64,000 nucleotides of DNA from Candidatus Latescibacterota bacterium (GTDB lineage: Bacteria > Latescibacterota > UBA2968 > UBA8231), in assembly GCA_965197905.1 (NCBI GenBank), contig CBDAOB010000004.1:640001-704000 (forward strand), written 5' to 3'. Both the position numbers and the translations under genes were made by a program. Positions 37,454-46,782 of the stretch are shown piece by piece. Below the pieces are notes generated by a model. That model was given only the letters and a program-made list of their open reading frames with translations, made no database searches and was not told the DNA's origin. Numbering within the stretch: the stretch's first letter is position 1; each line of letters begins with the position of its first letter.

Positions 37454-39397
37454 ATGTCGAACGCTTTTGCTGGTCTCACTGGCGCCGGCACCAGAGTCGC
37501 GGTAGTCGATAGCGGGGTCGACTTCTCCCATCCGAAAATCGATGGCGCTCCATCGGGAGTCGGACTCCGATACGACGGGGGAAGGGTCGTCGAATCCGGC
37601 AACTTCGACGACGTTGTGGGTCACGGCACCGCGTGCGCCGGAATCGTAAGGAAAAGAGCTCCCGAAACAGACCTGATATCAGTCCGAATATTCGACACTT
37701 CACTGCAAACCCACGGACACAACCTGGTTGCCGCGATACGGTGGTGTCTCGAACACCACATCGATGTCGTGAATCTAAGCCTTGGAACGACCGACCTAGA
37801 TTTCCGGGATGTCCTTTTCGATGCCTGTCAAGAGGCGTTGGACGGCAAGGTACTGATCGTCGCAGCTCACAACAATGAAGAACAGGAGAGTTTCCCAGCC
37901 GTGTTTTCGAATGTCATCGGCGTCACTGCAGGTCGATTTTCCGATTCCAAAGCATACCGCTATCGACCGTTGAACCGCGTTGAATGTGTAGCTCATGGTG
38001 ACCTGCAGCGGGTCTGCTGGTTGAACTCGCGGGAGCTGCTCGTACGGGGGACGAGCTATGCAGCCGCCCATGTTTCGGGGATCGTCGCTCTGCTTCGCCA
38101 GGCCCATCCCCACTGTGACCTGAGTCGGATTCGTGAAGTTCTGATGAGACACGCGGCTCGGAAAGACAGCACCGTTTCAGAACGGGAAGACACGTTACCC
38201 CTGCTCGACGCCAGAAGAATCGGAAAGCGGATCCATCCTGTTCGTGTAGAGCTTCAGCCCATAAAGGCTGCGCTTTACCCGTACAACAAGGAGATGCACG
38301 CTTTCGTGCGTTATCCCGAGCTGATCGATTTCGAGGTTACAGGAGTCGCCGATCCTGCCGGCAAGGGCCTCGTGGGAAAGGATGCGGGTGAGGCGATCGG
38401 TGTCGGCGCGACGGGTGTACGCATCGCATCGCGACTCATCGACGCTCTGACGGACGCAGACACCTTGATTCTGGGATATGTCGACGAGCTGGGACGCATC
38501 TCAGGACGCGACTTCCTGCGTGAATCAGTTCAGACCGCGCTAGACAACGGCCTGAACGTATTCAGCTTCGTCCCGCTCCCGTTTGAGGGTTATGAGGACC
38601 TGCACCATTCGGCGCGAATGAAAAACCTGAAAATCACCTATCCCTGGGTTGCCCCAGACGCGTTACAAACCGCCATCGAGGATCCCAACAGATATGATCG
38701 GGTCCAGATCCCTGTGCTGGCAGTATGCGGCACCGGTCCCCAACAGGGCAAATTTACAGTGCAATTGGCGCTGCGCAGATCCCTATTGAGTATGGGATTC
38801 CGGGTGGGTCAACTGGGAACCGAACATCACAGCGAGCTCTTCGGTTTTGATGCGGCGTTTCCCATGGGTTATGCCTCTCCCCTGGCGATGCCGGTACAAC
38901 TTTTTGTGCCCTTTCTCGATTTCACAATGCGGGAGATCGCGCACGTCGGTAAACCTGATATCCTCATTGCCGGCTCGCAATCCGGCACGATACCGTATGA
39001 TATCGGTCTTCCGGACACACATACCCTGGCATCCATCGCTTTTCTTTTCGGTGTCAAACCGGATGGCTGCGTGCTTGTTGTGAACTCCATCGACTCTTAC
39101 GCCTATATACGCGACACCATAGCCGCCATTAAGGCCTTGGCCAAGGTCCCAACCGTGCTGCTGGCCATGAGCGACAAGGAGAAGAATGTTCAGAGCGCGT
39201 ACGGTCGCACGTGGATAAAACCCCGACAGTTGAGTAGGACAGAGATTTCGGATCGCCTGCGAAATTTGGAGGATAGCTTCTCGCTACCTGCTTTTGAGAT
39301 ATCGGATGGACACAGCCAACGCAGCATGACAGATGCGATAGTAAAGTACTTCACAGAAAGCGGTCCTGAGGATCCATGTCTGACAGCAGCGGCCTAA
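37454..39397 (+). CDS. S8 subtilisin-like protease fused to DUF1611/TIGR04066-like domain
   Basis: Catalytic triad VVDSG, HGTACAG, GTSYAA; no signal or pro-peptide. The C-terminal half has YPYNKE, GTGPQQGKFTVQL P-loop-like motif, GQLGTE, GSQSG and PDGCVLVVN. Confidence 0.85.
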   Translation: MSNAFAGLTGAGTRVAVVDSGVDFSHPKIDGAPSGVGLRYDGGRVVESGNFDDVVGHGTACAGIVRKRAPETDLISVRIFDTSLQTHGHNLVAAIRWCLEHHIDVVNLSLGTTDLDFRDVLFDACQEALDGKVLIVAAHNNEEQESFPAVFSNVIGVTAGRFSDSKAYRYRPLNRVECVAHGDLQRVCWLNSRELLVRGTSYAAAHVSGIVALLRQAHPHCDLSRIREVLMRHAARKDSTVSEREDTLPLLDARRIGKRIHPVRVELQPIKAALYPYNKEMHAFVRYPELIDFEVTGVADPAGKGLVGKDAGEAIGVGATGVRIASRLIDALTDADTLILGYVDELGRISGRDFLRESVQTALDNGLNVFSFVPLPFEGYEDLHHSARMKNLKITYPWVAPDALQTAIEDPNRYDRVQIPVLAVCGTGPQQGKFTVQLALRRSLLSMGFRVGQLGTEHHSELFGFDAAFPMGYASPLAMPVQLFVPFLDFTMREIAHVGKPDILIAGSQSGTIPYDIGLPDTHTLASIAFLFGVKPDGCVLVVNSIDSYAYIRDTIAAIKALAKVPTVLLAMSDKEKNVQSAYGRTWIKPRQLSRTEISDRLRNLEDSFSLPAFEISDGHSQRSMTDAIVKYFTESGPEDPCLTAAA

Positions 39398-39690
39398 CAC
39401 TTCGAGTAAAGACGACCATTGTAGTAGCTCTAAAACTCGAAATCGAGCCGGATCAGATAGCGGACGACGAGATCCTTTTTGAAGCGGGATTGGGGGTGGA
39501 CTCCGTCGCCATGATGGAACTCATCGTCGCCCTTGAAAACGAATTCGAGGTAGAATTCAGTGATGAGCTGATACGTATCGAGAACTTCGAATCCGTAGAT
39601 TCGATCGTTAAGTTGCTTGTTCCACTTTTGGAAGATTCCAGGATGGAGAAGGAGCCATGTTCCGCTCAAACCCAAAACGAGAATTTCTAA
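39376..39690 (+). CDS. Stand-alone acyl carrier protein
   Basis: Acidic small protein with LGVDSVAMMELIVALENEF phosphopantetheinylation motif. Confidence 0.92.
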   Translation: MSDSSGLTLRVKTTIVVALKLEIEPDQIADDEILFEAGLGVDSVAMMELIVALENEFEVEFSDELIRIENFESVDSIVKLLVPLLEDSRMEKEPCSAQTQNENF

Positions 39691-42380
39691 ATATTGAGTT
39701 GATGACAGACCCGGCGGCCAGAGATTGCCTCGAAGACATCCTGGCGTCTGTGATTTCCTGGTGGGGGCGTCGGTACGAACTGATGTTTGCGTCATCCTGG
39801 AGTTTCGATTTCAAACCGGGCCCAGGCGAGTTGGTGGGCCCCCGCCTTGATGCGGAGATATCCCCTGCCCTGGATCTGTTGGAGACTCACCATGGTATAA
39901 GAGTATCATTTGGAACGAGGCCGGTCGGGACCGACCTGTTTGCACTCGTTTTGAAGGAGATCCGCGGCGGACGTCCTGTCCTTCTCAGCCGAAGCCACCG
40001 CTCCGTGGCTGATCCTGGCTCAATCCCGCAGTTCGTCCTAGTCCTTGGATTTGACTATCTCCGCCAGGTCCTGTTCTATCGAGCCGCGGATGTGCGGGGC
40101 GCAACTACCCGGCAGGAAGGTTCCGTGCATGCCTTGCCACACAAAGAGCTGGGAGATTGGTCCGGTCCACACGCCACCTTTTCTGTCGGTGGCAACGGTG
40201 CAGCCACCTTGGATTGGCGACAGATTCTGCGGGATGCTGCTTTGCGGTTTCACGATCGCGATGGATCCGAGCACCGCTTCGTGATGATGGCGTCGTTTGC
40301 TCGGGAGATCGGCAGCATGGACATCAAAGCCGAGATACATGGGCATCAGAATCGGTATTGGGTGCCGCTTTTCTATAACCTCCGTCGAATTTCCCAGGGC
40401 CGTATTCAATTTGCATCGCTACTAAGGTTTCTCGAAGCACGATTCGATCTGCGGGAGATATCGGAAATATTGAGCGACTTCCAGAATGCGGGTCGCTCAT
40501 GGCAACTGGTTCGCAGTCTGATGATTAAATACTCACTGACTGTCGACGATCGTGCCTTGCTGAATCGAATCTCCACGCGAATTCTCGATATTGCAACAAC
40601 CGAGCAACAGCTAGCCGAAAAACTCATCCTGCTTGTCGACCGCGATAGATCCCGCGTAAGGAGCGATACGGCAAAACCGCCCGCACGTGATGAGCAGGAG
40701 ATGCGCACTGTTTCATCCATTCCCCGCCAGGAGGAAGGTTATGTCGCACCTCGATCGGCAATCGAGATATGCCTCGTGAGGATTTGGGAGCACGTGCTGG
40801 GGATGGAGAAAGTGGGTATTCTGGATAACTTTTTTGAGCTTGGGGGCGACTCACTGCTCGGCTTGAAGATCCTTGCCCAAATGCACAGAGCTGGATTGGA
40901 GATTGACGCTGGACAGATATACCAGCGTCAAACCATCAAGGAATTGGCAGCCGTGACCGGGATGAATACCTGCAGTGATACCGCTCAAGACCCCGAGACC
41001 GGTTCGATGCCCTTTCTTCCTCTACAGTACAAAGGCATTTCGGAGGATGGTCCCAACTACGGACTTGAAGGCGCTGTCAAATTCTACGCTCCGACGGTTC
41101 ACCATCTGACATCCGATCAGCTTGATCAGGTTGCCAATCGGCTGATGGCTCATCACGACGCTCTTCGGCTTCGATTCCCCCGTAATTTCGAGGACCGGCG
41201 CCCGACATTCTGTGAAACCTCGAGCGACTCTAGATGTTGGCAGTGGATCGACCTATCCGACGACCATCATTTGGACAGATCGGACATCCTGGACAGCGCT
41301 CCGGAGAAGGCGCGTTCTGTCATCGATCTGCACACCGGTCCTCTATTCGTGCTGCTGTATTTAAAAACGCCGTCGCACATGAAAAATGTTCTATGCATGT
41401 GCATCCATCACGTCGTTTCCGACGCCATCTCCAATGGAATTCTGGAAGAAGACATTCTGTCCCTTGCAGGTCAGGCAGCGGGGCACAGGAAGTTTCGTTT
41501 ACCTCGCAAGACGACCTCGATTAAGCAATGGTCCCACATGTTGTCCAACTACGCGCGATCTCCCGATACAAGAGAGGTCGACTATTGGAAGTGCAGACCA
41601 TGGGGCAAGATTCGCCCGATCCTGCCGGATCGCTGCGATGAGTCGTCAGTCGATCTTGGGAAGCTAATCACGGCCGATTTGACCGTGGGCGAGCGGATGA
41701 CCCGATCGCTTTTCAGCACCTGCCGGACGCTGAGCATTACCATTCACGAACTCTTGATAACCGGCCTGGCCAGAACCCTCGCCGGCTGGAGCGGATCGGA
41801 TGTGGTTCTCATAGAGCACATACATCACGGCAGAGATCCCGTTTTCGAAGGCACGGATTTGTCGCGAACCGTCGGTTTCTTTTCGCTCGAGGTTCCCGTG
41901 GTCCTGGAGTTGCCCGCGGCCAGCGGTCCCGAGGCCTTGCTCCAGGCAGTTTCCTCACAGATCCGCAACCTGCCGGCAAAAGGCATTGGCTACAGCCTGC
42001 TTCGTTACCTTTCGAAAGAGGAAGATATCGTCCGGTTCCTTGAGTCTATTCCTACCTATCAGGCGCGGTACAACGCCGTGATCGAACCCCATCTGGGCGA
42101 TCAAACGGCGGCTTGCGAAACCGATGGAAGCTGGGACGTCGAGTACTACGAAACTTCGATCTCGCCAGCCCGAATCGGTGCGACGTCATTCACCCTGGAA
42201 AACAAGCCGAGAATGGAGAAGAGGTGTCTCGTTCTGCCTCTCAGATTCGGACAAAAAGGACTCTTCTACAAGGAGACCGTGGCAAGAGTGGTCGACTCCT
42301 ACACGGACTGTCTGGAAAGATTCGCGGGACTTGGCCATGGTTTTCAATCCATGAAACCACGACTCAGAGAATGTGCGTGA
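39657..42380 (+). CDS. BtrH-like domain + PCP + condensation/epimerization-like domain (NRPS-like, no adenylation domain)
   Basis: N-terminus DCLE...YELMFASSWSF...GRPVLL...VLVLGFD resembles BtrH-N. PCP: YVAPRS..E..L..IW..VLG...DNFFELGGDSL. C/E motifs: HHDALRL, HHVVSDAIS, HGRD, LSRTVGFFS, PAKGIGY. RBS AAGGAG. Confidence 0.8.
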   Translation: MFRSNPKREFLNIELMTDPAARDCLEDILASVISWWGRRYELMFASSWSFDFKPGPGELVGPRLDAEISPALDLLETHHGIRVSFGTRPVGTDLFALVLKEIRGGRPVLLSRSHRSVADPGSIPQFVLVLGFDYLRQVLFYRAADVRGATTRQEGSVHALPHKELGDWSGPHATFSVGGNGAATLDWRQILRDAALRFHDRDGSEHRFVMMASFAREIGSMDIKAEIHGHQNRYWVPLFYNLRRISQGRIQFASLLRFLEARFDLREISEILSDFQNAGRSWQLVRSLMIKYSLTVDDRALLNRISTRILDIATTEQQLAEKLILLVDRDRSRVRSDTAKPPARDEQEMRTVSSIPRQEEGYVAPRSAIEICLVRIWEHVLGMEKVGILDNFFELGGDSLLGLKILAQMHRAGLEIDAGQIYQRQTIKELAAVTGMNTCSDTAQDPETGSMPFLPLQYKGISEDGPNYGLEGAVKFYAPTVHHLTSDQLDQVANRLMAHHDALRLRFPRNFEDRRPTFCETSSDSRCWQWIDLSDDHHLDRSDILDSAPEKARSVIDLHTGPLFVLLYLKTPSHMKNVLCMCIHHVVSDAISNGILEEDILSLAGQAAGHRKFRLPRKTTSIKQWSHMLSNYARSPDTREVDYWKCRPWGKIRPILPDRCDESSVDLGKLITADLTVGERMTRSLFSTCRTLSITIHELLITGLARTLAGWSGSDVVLIEHIHHGRDPVFEGTDLSRTVGFFSLEVPVVLELPAASGPEALLQAVSSQIRNLPAKGIGYSLLRYLSKEEDIVRFLESIPTYQARYNAVIEPHLGDQTAACETDGSWDVEYYETSISPARIGATSFTLENKPRMEKRCLVLPLRFGQKGLFYKETVARVVDSYTDCLERFAGLGHGFQSMKPRLRECA

Positions 42381-42392
42381 TCTTGCCGCCGC

Positions 42393-43247
42393 TCAGTCGA
42401 GGTTGGGGAGCGTCGGATTTATGGGTCTCACAGCCCTGTGATCAACCCGTACCGGGTCGGCCATCGCCTTGAACTCCTTGCAGAATGCCACCAGGTGTCC
42501 TGCGGCGGCATCCAGCATGGCCTTGCCTTTCTCGGCGGTAGCCAGGGTTGGCGCGCCGGATACCCCGTTCGGGGTACTGCTGCTGGTCCACTTGATCATT
42601 TTGATCGGACCCCAGCCTTTGGCCAGGTCCACATAGAGGTACTTGGACCCGTCTTCACCAGCAGCCCCACCGTAGTGATCCTCCGCTTTATCCATCTGCA
42701 CACGCTCCGGCGCAATGTGCAAGTATACCGAGGTCTCGAGTTCGCAAGCGTGCGCTGCGCCGCCCATCCCCGAATCGCGAACGGCTTCGAACTCCTCGGC
42801 AACCAGGTTGGTCCACATGGTGGAAGCGACCATCGCCTCGGTCTCCAGGGTGGCGCGGCGGGCGATGAACTCACACAGATGTTCGTTCGAGCCGTGGCCG
42901 TCGACGATCATGATCCGCCTGAAGCCGGCGTAAGCGACGCTCTTGCAGACATCGAGGCAGTATTCGATGAAATGCTCGTAGGTGACGTGTACGGTGCCGG
43001 GAAAGTCCTGGCCATGCTCGTTGTAGCCGTACGGAATATTCGGCATGACGAGAAGGTTCCTTGGGTCGCGGCGTGCAGCTTCGAGCGAAACCTCGGTCGC
43101 CAGCAGGTTGTCGGTGTCTAGAGGCAGATGATGGCCGTGTTGTTCGGTGCTGCCTATGGGCAGCAGGATCACCTTCTCGGCCTCAGTGGCTTCATTGATC
43201 TCGGGCCAGGTGAGATGTTCGTAGTGGATTTTGTTTAGTGCGCTCAT
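42393..43247 (-). CDS. Creatininase family amidohydrolase
   Basis: LPIGSTEQHGHHLPLDTD, FPGT, DGHGSN, HACELETS, NGVSG. Confidence 0.9.
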   Translation of the reverse strand: MSALNKIHYEHLTWPEINEATEAEKVILLPIGSTEQHGHHLPLDTDNLLATEVSLEAARRDPRNLLVMPNIPYGYNEHGQDFPGTVHVTYEHFIEYCLDVCKSVAYAGFRRIMIVDGHGSNEHLCEFIARRATLETEAMVASTMWTNLVAEEFEAVRDSGMGGAAHACELETSVYLHIAPERVQMDKAEDHYGGAAGEDGSKYLYVDLAKGWGPIKMIKWTSSSTPNGVSGAPTLATAEKGKAMLDAAAGHLVAFCKEFKAMADPVRVDHRAVRPINPTLPNLD

Positions 43248-43315
43248 AGTGAGACAACACCGTCGTCCAAGAATGTCGCAGTGATGTATTTCAAACAATC
43301 GGGGAAATCAGCAGG

Positions 43316-44287
43316 CTATTCCTCCCAGACACCCATCTTCGAATACTTCTCGACCCGCTGCCGCACAAGCTCGTTCGCGGAGATCGGACGCAGCTCGGCA
43401 AGCGCCTCCTGGATGAGACGCTTCACGTTGCCGGCAGCCTCGTCGTAGTTGCGGTGGGCGCCACCGAACGGCTCGGGCACGATCCGGTCTATGATGCCCT
43501 GGTCCTTCAGGTCGGGAGCAGTCAGTTTCAGCGCATCCGCCGCTTCTTCTTTGCGGTCCCGTGTCTTAAACAGGATCGTGGAGCAGCCCTCGGGGGCGAT
43601 GACACAGTACCAGGAATTCTCCATCATTAGGATGCGGTCACCGACGGCCATTCCCAATGCCCCGCCACTGGCCCCCTGACCGATGATCGCCACGATGATC
43701 GGCACCGGCAGGTGGGACATCTCGAAGAGGTTCCGCGCGATCGCTTCTGCCTGACCGCGTTCTTCCGCTTCGATCCCGGGGTAGGCACCCGAGGTATCTA
43801 TCAAGTTGATGAGGGGGCGTTTGAACTTCGCCGCCATCTGCATCAGACGTAACGCTTTGCGGTAGCCTTCGGGATGCGGCATGCCGAAATTTCGAAACTG
43901 CCGCTCCTCGGCGGTGCGACCGCCCTGCATGCCGATGACCATCACCGGTTCTCCCTCGAGGCGCGCCGGACCGCCTACCACGGCGTGGTCGTCGCCGAAC
44001 GCCCGGTCGCCGTGGAGCTCGGTGAAGTCGGTGAAGATTCGTTCCATATAGTCGAGGCTGTACGGCCGCTGCGGATGCCGCGAGATCTGCACCCGTTGCC
44101 AGGGGGAAAGATCGGTGTAGACCTCCTGGCGCATGTGCTCGACCTTCTCTTCCAGGCCCTTCATCTCCGCGCTCAGGTCGAGCCCGTCCACCTTTGACGT
44201 CTGCTTTTGGATGTCGGCGATCTTCTCTTCCAGCTCGACGATCGGCCGCTCGAAATCCAGGTAAAATGCGTCGTTGTTTTCGCTCAT
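43316..44287 (-). CDS. accA: Acetyl-CoA carboxylase carboxyltransferase alpha subunit
   Basis: LDFERP, RHPQRPY, LHGDR, NFGMPHPEGYRKALRLM, GAYPG..AEERGQ. Confidence 0.97.
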   Translation of the reverse strand: MSENNDAFYLDFERPIVELEEKIADIQKQTSKVDGLDLSAEMKGLEEKVEHMRQEVYTDLSPWQRVQISRHPQRPYSLDYMERIFTDFTELHGDRAFGDDHAVVGGPARLEGEPVMVIGMQGGRTAEERQFRNFGMPHPEGYRKALRLMQMAAKFKRPLINLIDTSGAYPGIEAEERGQAEAIARNLFEMSHLPVPIIVAIIGQGASGGALGMAVGDRILMMENSWYCVIAPEGCSTILFKTRDRKEEAADALKLTAPDLKDQGIIDRIVPEPFGGAHRNYDEAAGNVKRLIQEALAELRPISANELVRQRVEKYSKMGVWEE

Positions 44288-44352
44288 AACTCGGTCTCGG
44301 GTGTTTTACTGCCTGATCTTATATATAGACACCGGATCCTGAATCCTGTTCG

Positions 44353-45570
44353 CTAACTAAGGCGCCCCAGTGCCTCAGCCATGCGATCCATGCCTTCCGC
44401 CAAGATTTCCATGGAGGTAGCGTAGGAGATGCGGATATGTTCCCGAGTGCCGAAGCCGGCGCCGGGGACGCAGGCAATGCGCCCCTCCTCCAGCAGATAC
44501 TCGCACAGGCTCATGGAGTCACCCACCTTCCAATCACCGCAGGAGCGACCGAAATGACCGGAAAGATCGGGATACACGTAGAAAGCGCCCGCAGGCGTCG
44601 GGCAGTCGACGTCAGGCATATCATTCAAACGCCCCACGACGAACCTCCTGCGTTCGTCGAACGCCTGCAGCATTTCGGCGAGGAAGTCCTGCGGACCGTT
44701 GAGAGCTTCCACCGCGGCCCGTTGGGTGATAGATGAGATCTGCGTCAGCTCCTGACTTTGCACCTTGTTCATCCCGGCAATGATCGGCGCCGCCGCGGCT
44801 GCATACCCTACCCGCCAGCCGGTCATGGCGTGGGATTTGGACAACCCGTTCACCACGATGGTCAGATCTTTCATGTCGTTACTGATGGAGGCGATGGAGT
44901 GATGCTCGGCGCCGTCGTAGACCATCTTCTCGTAGATCTCGTCGCTGATAACGTAGATAACGTGTTCCACCAGTACCGCAGCCAGCGCGGCCAGCTCCTC
45001 TCGGGTATAGACCGCACCGGATGGATTGGATGGAGTACAAAGAAAAAGCAGCTTGGTATTGGGAGTGATCGCCTTGCGCAGTTCCTCGGGCGTCAGCTTC
45101 AGACCATTTTCCGCGTCGGTTTCCACCACCTTGGGAATCGCGCCCACGACTTTGGGCTGCTCGAGGTAACTCACCCAGTATGGAGTTGGAACGATGACCT
45201 CGTCGTCCGGGTTGAGCATGCTCAACAGCGCCACAAAGATCGTGTTCTTTGCCCCGTTGTTGACCGTGATCTGCTGTGGCGCGTAGTCCAGCTCGTTGTC
45301 CTCCTTGAGCTTGCGCGCGATCGCCTCTTTCAGGGGCAGGATCCCCGATCCGGGGGAATCGTATTTGGTGAACCCTTCCTCGATGGCCCGAATCCCCGCC
45401 GCTTTGATGTTGGCCGGCGTATCGAAATCCGGCTCCCCCGCCGCCAGCGCTATCAAATCGATTCCCTCCCGCTTCATCGCCGCCGCGCGAGCGGAGATCG
45501 ACATGGTGATCGATTCCTGCATCTGCTGCACGTTGCGAGACTGGGGAAGGCGGCTTGATCGAACAGTCAT
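44353..45570 (-). CDS. Class I/II PLP aminotransferase (aspartate aminotransferase-like)
   Basis: AGEPDFDTP, PYWVSY, PSNPSG, SDEIYE, SKSHAMTGWRVG, HIRISYA. Confidence 0.92.
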   Translation of the reverse strand: MTVRSSRLPQSRNVQQMQESITMSISARAAAMKREGIDLIALAAGEPDFDTPANIKAAGIRAIEEGFTKYDSPGSGILPLKEAIARKLKEDNELDYAPQQITVNNGAKNTIFVALLSMLNPDDEVIVPTPYWVSYLEQPKVVGAIPKVVETDAENGLKLTPEELRKAITPNTKLLFLCTPSNPSGAVYTREELAALAAVLVEHVIYVISDEIYEKMVYDGAEHHSIASISNDMKDLTIVVNGLSKSHAMTGWRVGYAAAAAPIIAGMNKVQSQELTQISSITQRAAVEALNGPQDFLAEMLQAFDERRRFVVGRLNDMPDVDCPTPAGAFYVYPDLSGHFGRSCGDWKVGDSMSLCEYLLEEGRIACVPGAGFGTREHIRISYATSMEILAEGMDRMAEALGRLS

Positions 45571-46772
45571 GTGGTGTACTCAGCGTTGATGCGCACGTAG
45601 TCGTAGCTGAAATCGCAGGTGTAGATCTCCGCTTCACTCGCGCCGCGACCCAACTCAATTTCGATCGGGATGTCCGATTCTCCCATCGCTTCGATCAGTG
45701 CCTCCTTGTCGAACTCGATGCCGGCGCCGGCGCCGTAGATCGGCACACCGCACAGGTCCACCCGCACCCGATCGGGGTCGATCTCCACCCCGGAGTACCC
45801 AACCGCACATAGAATGCGGCCCCAGTTTGGATCGCGACCGAATACTGCCGTTTTCACCAGGTTTGAATTGGCCACCGCCAGACCCACCTGACGCGCCTCT
45901 ATCTCACTTTTAGCCTGGCGCACTCCGATGGTGACCAATTTGGTGGCCCCCTCACCGTCGCGGGCGACAGCACGGGCAAGCTGCCGACAAACGGTCTCGA
46001 ACGCCCCGGTGAACTGCTCCAACTCGGAGGCATTGGCCGCGGCAACCTCGACCCGGCTGGCTCCGTTAGCCATGGCGATCAGCGTATCGTTGGTGCTCAT
46101 ATCTCCGTCCACGGTGATGCCGTTGAAGGAACGGTTCACCGCGCCCACCAGCAACTTCTGGAGAAGCCCGGAATCGATCGCCGCGTCGGTGTTCACCAGT
46201 GCAATCATGGTAGCCATGTTAGGAGCGATCATGCCGGCCCCTTTGGACATGCCCCCGATGCGCACCGGTTTGCCGCTAAGCTCCAGTTCGACGGCGCAGT
46301 GTTTGGGCACCGTGTCGGTAGTCATGATCGCTTCCGCCGCATCGACGCCGCCGGATTCCGAGAGTGTCTCGGCCACTTTGGGAATGCCCGTTGCAATCGC
46401 CGACATTGGCAGCGGCACTCCGATAACGCCGGTGGAGCAGACCAGAACCTGCTCGGGCTCGATACCGAGAGCTGACGCGGTGTCGGCGCACATCGCCTCG
46501 GCATCCTCGCGACCTCGATCGCCGGTACAGGCGTTGGCATTTCCGCTGTTCACGATCAACGCCTGGGCACGGCCGTCATTAAGGTGATGCCGGTCGACGG
46601 CGATCGGCGCCGCCTGCACCCGGTTGGTGGTATAGACCGCGGCGGCCTGGGTTTCGGACGGCGAATAGACCAGGGCCAGATCCTTCACGCCGTTGTCCTT
46701 TATGCCGGCGTGGATGCCCGCGGCTTTGTACCCGGCGGGTGAGGTCACGCTGCCATCTGTTAGCTCTTTCAT
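45567..46772 (-). CDS. argJ: Glutamate N-acetyltransferase / ornithine acetyltransferase
   Basis: NSGNANAC, STGVIG, AIMTTDT, KGAGMIAPNMATM, DGDMSTND, DGEGATK, DPNWGR, INAEYTT. Confidence 0.96.
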   Translation of the reverse strand: MKELTDGSVTSPAGYKAAGIHAGIKDNGVKDLALVYSPSETQAAAVYTTNRVQAAPIAVDRHHLNDGRAQALIVNSGNANACTGDRGREDAEAMCADTASALGIEPEQVLVCSTGVIGVPLPMSAIATGIPKVAETLSESGGVDAAEAIMTTDTVPKHCAVELELSGKPVRIGGMSKGAGMIAPNMATMIALVNTDAAIDSGLLQKLLVGAVNRSFNGITVDGDMSTNDTLIAMANGASRVEVAAANASELEQFTGAFETVCRQLARAVARDGEGATKLVTIGVRQAKSEIEARQVGLAVANSNLVKTAVFGRDPNWGRILCAVGYSGVEIDPDRVRVDLCGVPIYGAGAGIEFDKEALIEAMGESDIPIEIELGRGASEAEIYTCDFSYDYVRINAEYTT

Positions 46773-46782
46773 CGTCTTTTCG

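Noticed and set aside
33100..42400. Integrative element or prophage boundaries around the accessory cluster
   Set aside because: No integrase, tRNA or flanking direct repeats were seen.
42393..43247. Creatininase as an MftE-like peptidase of the peptide cluster
   Set aside because: It is on the opposite strand at the end of the housekeeping accA run and no mycofactocin genes are present; adjacency alone is insufficient.
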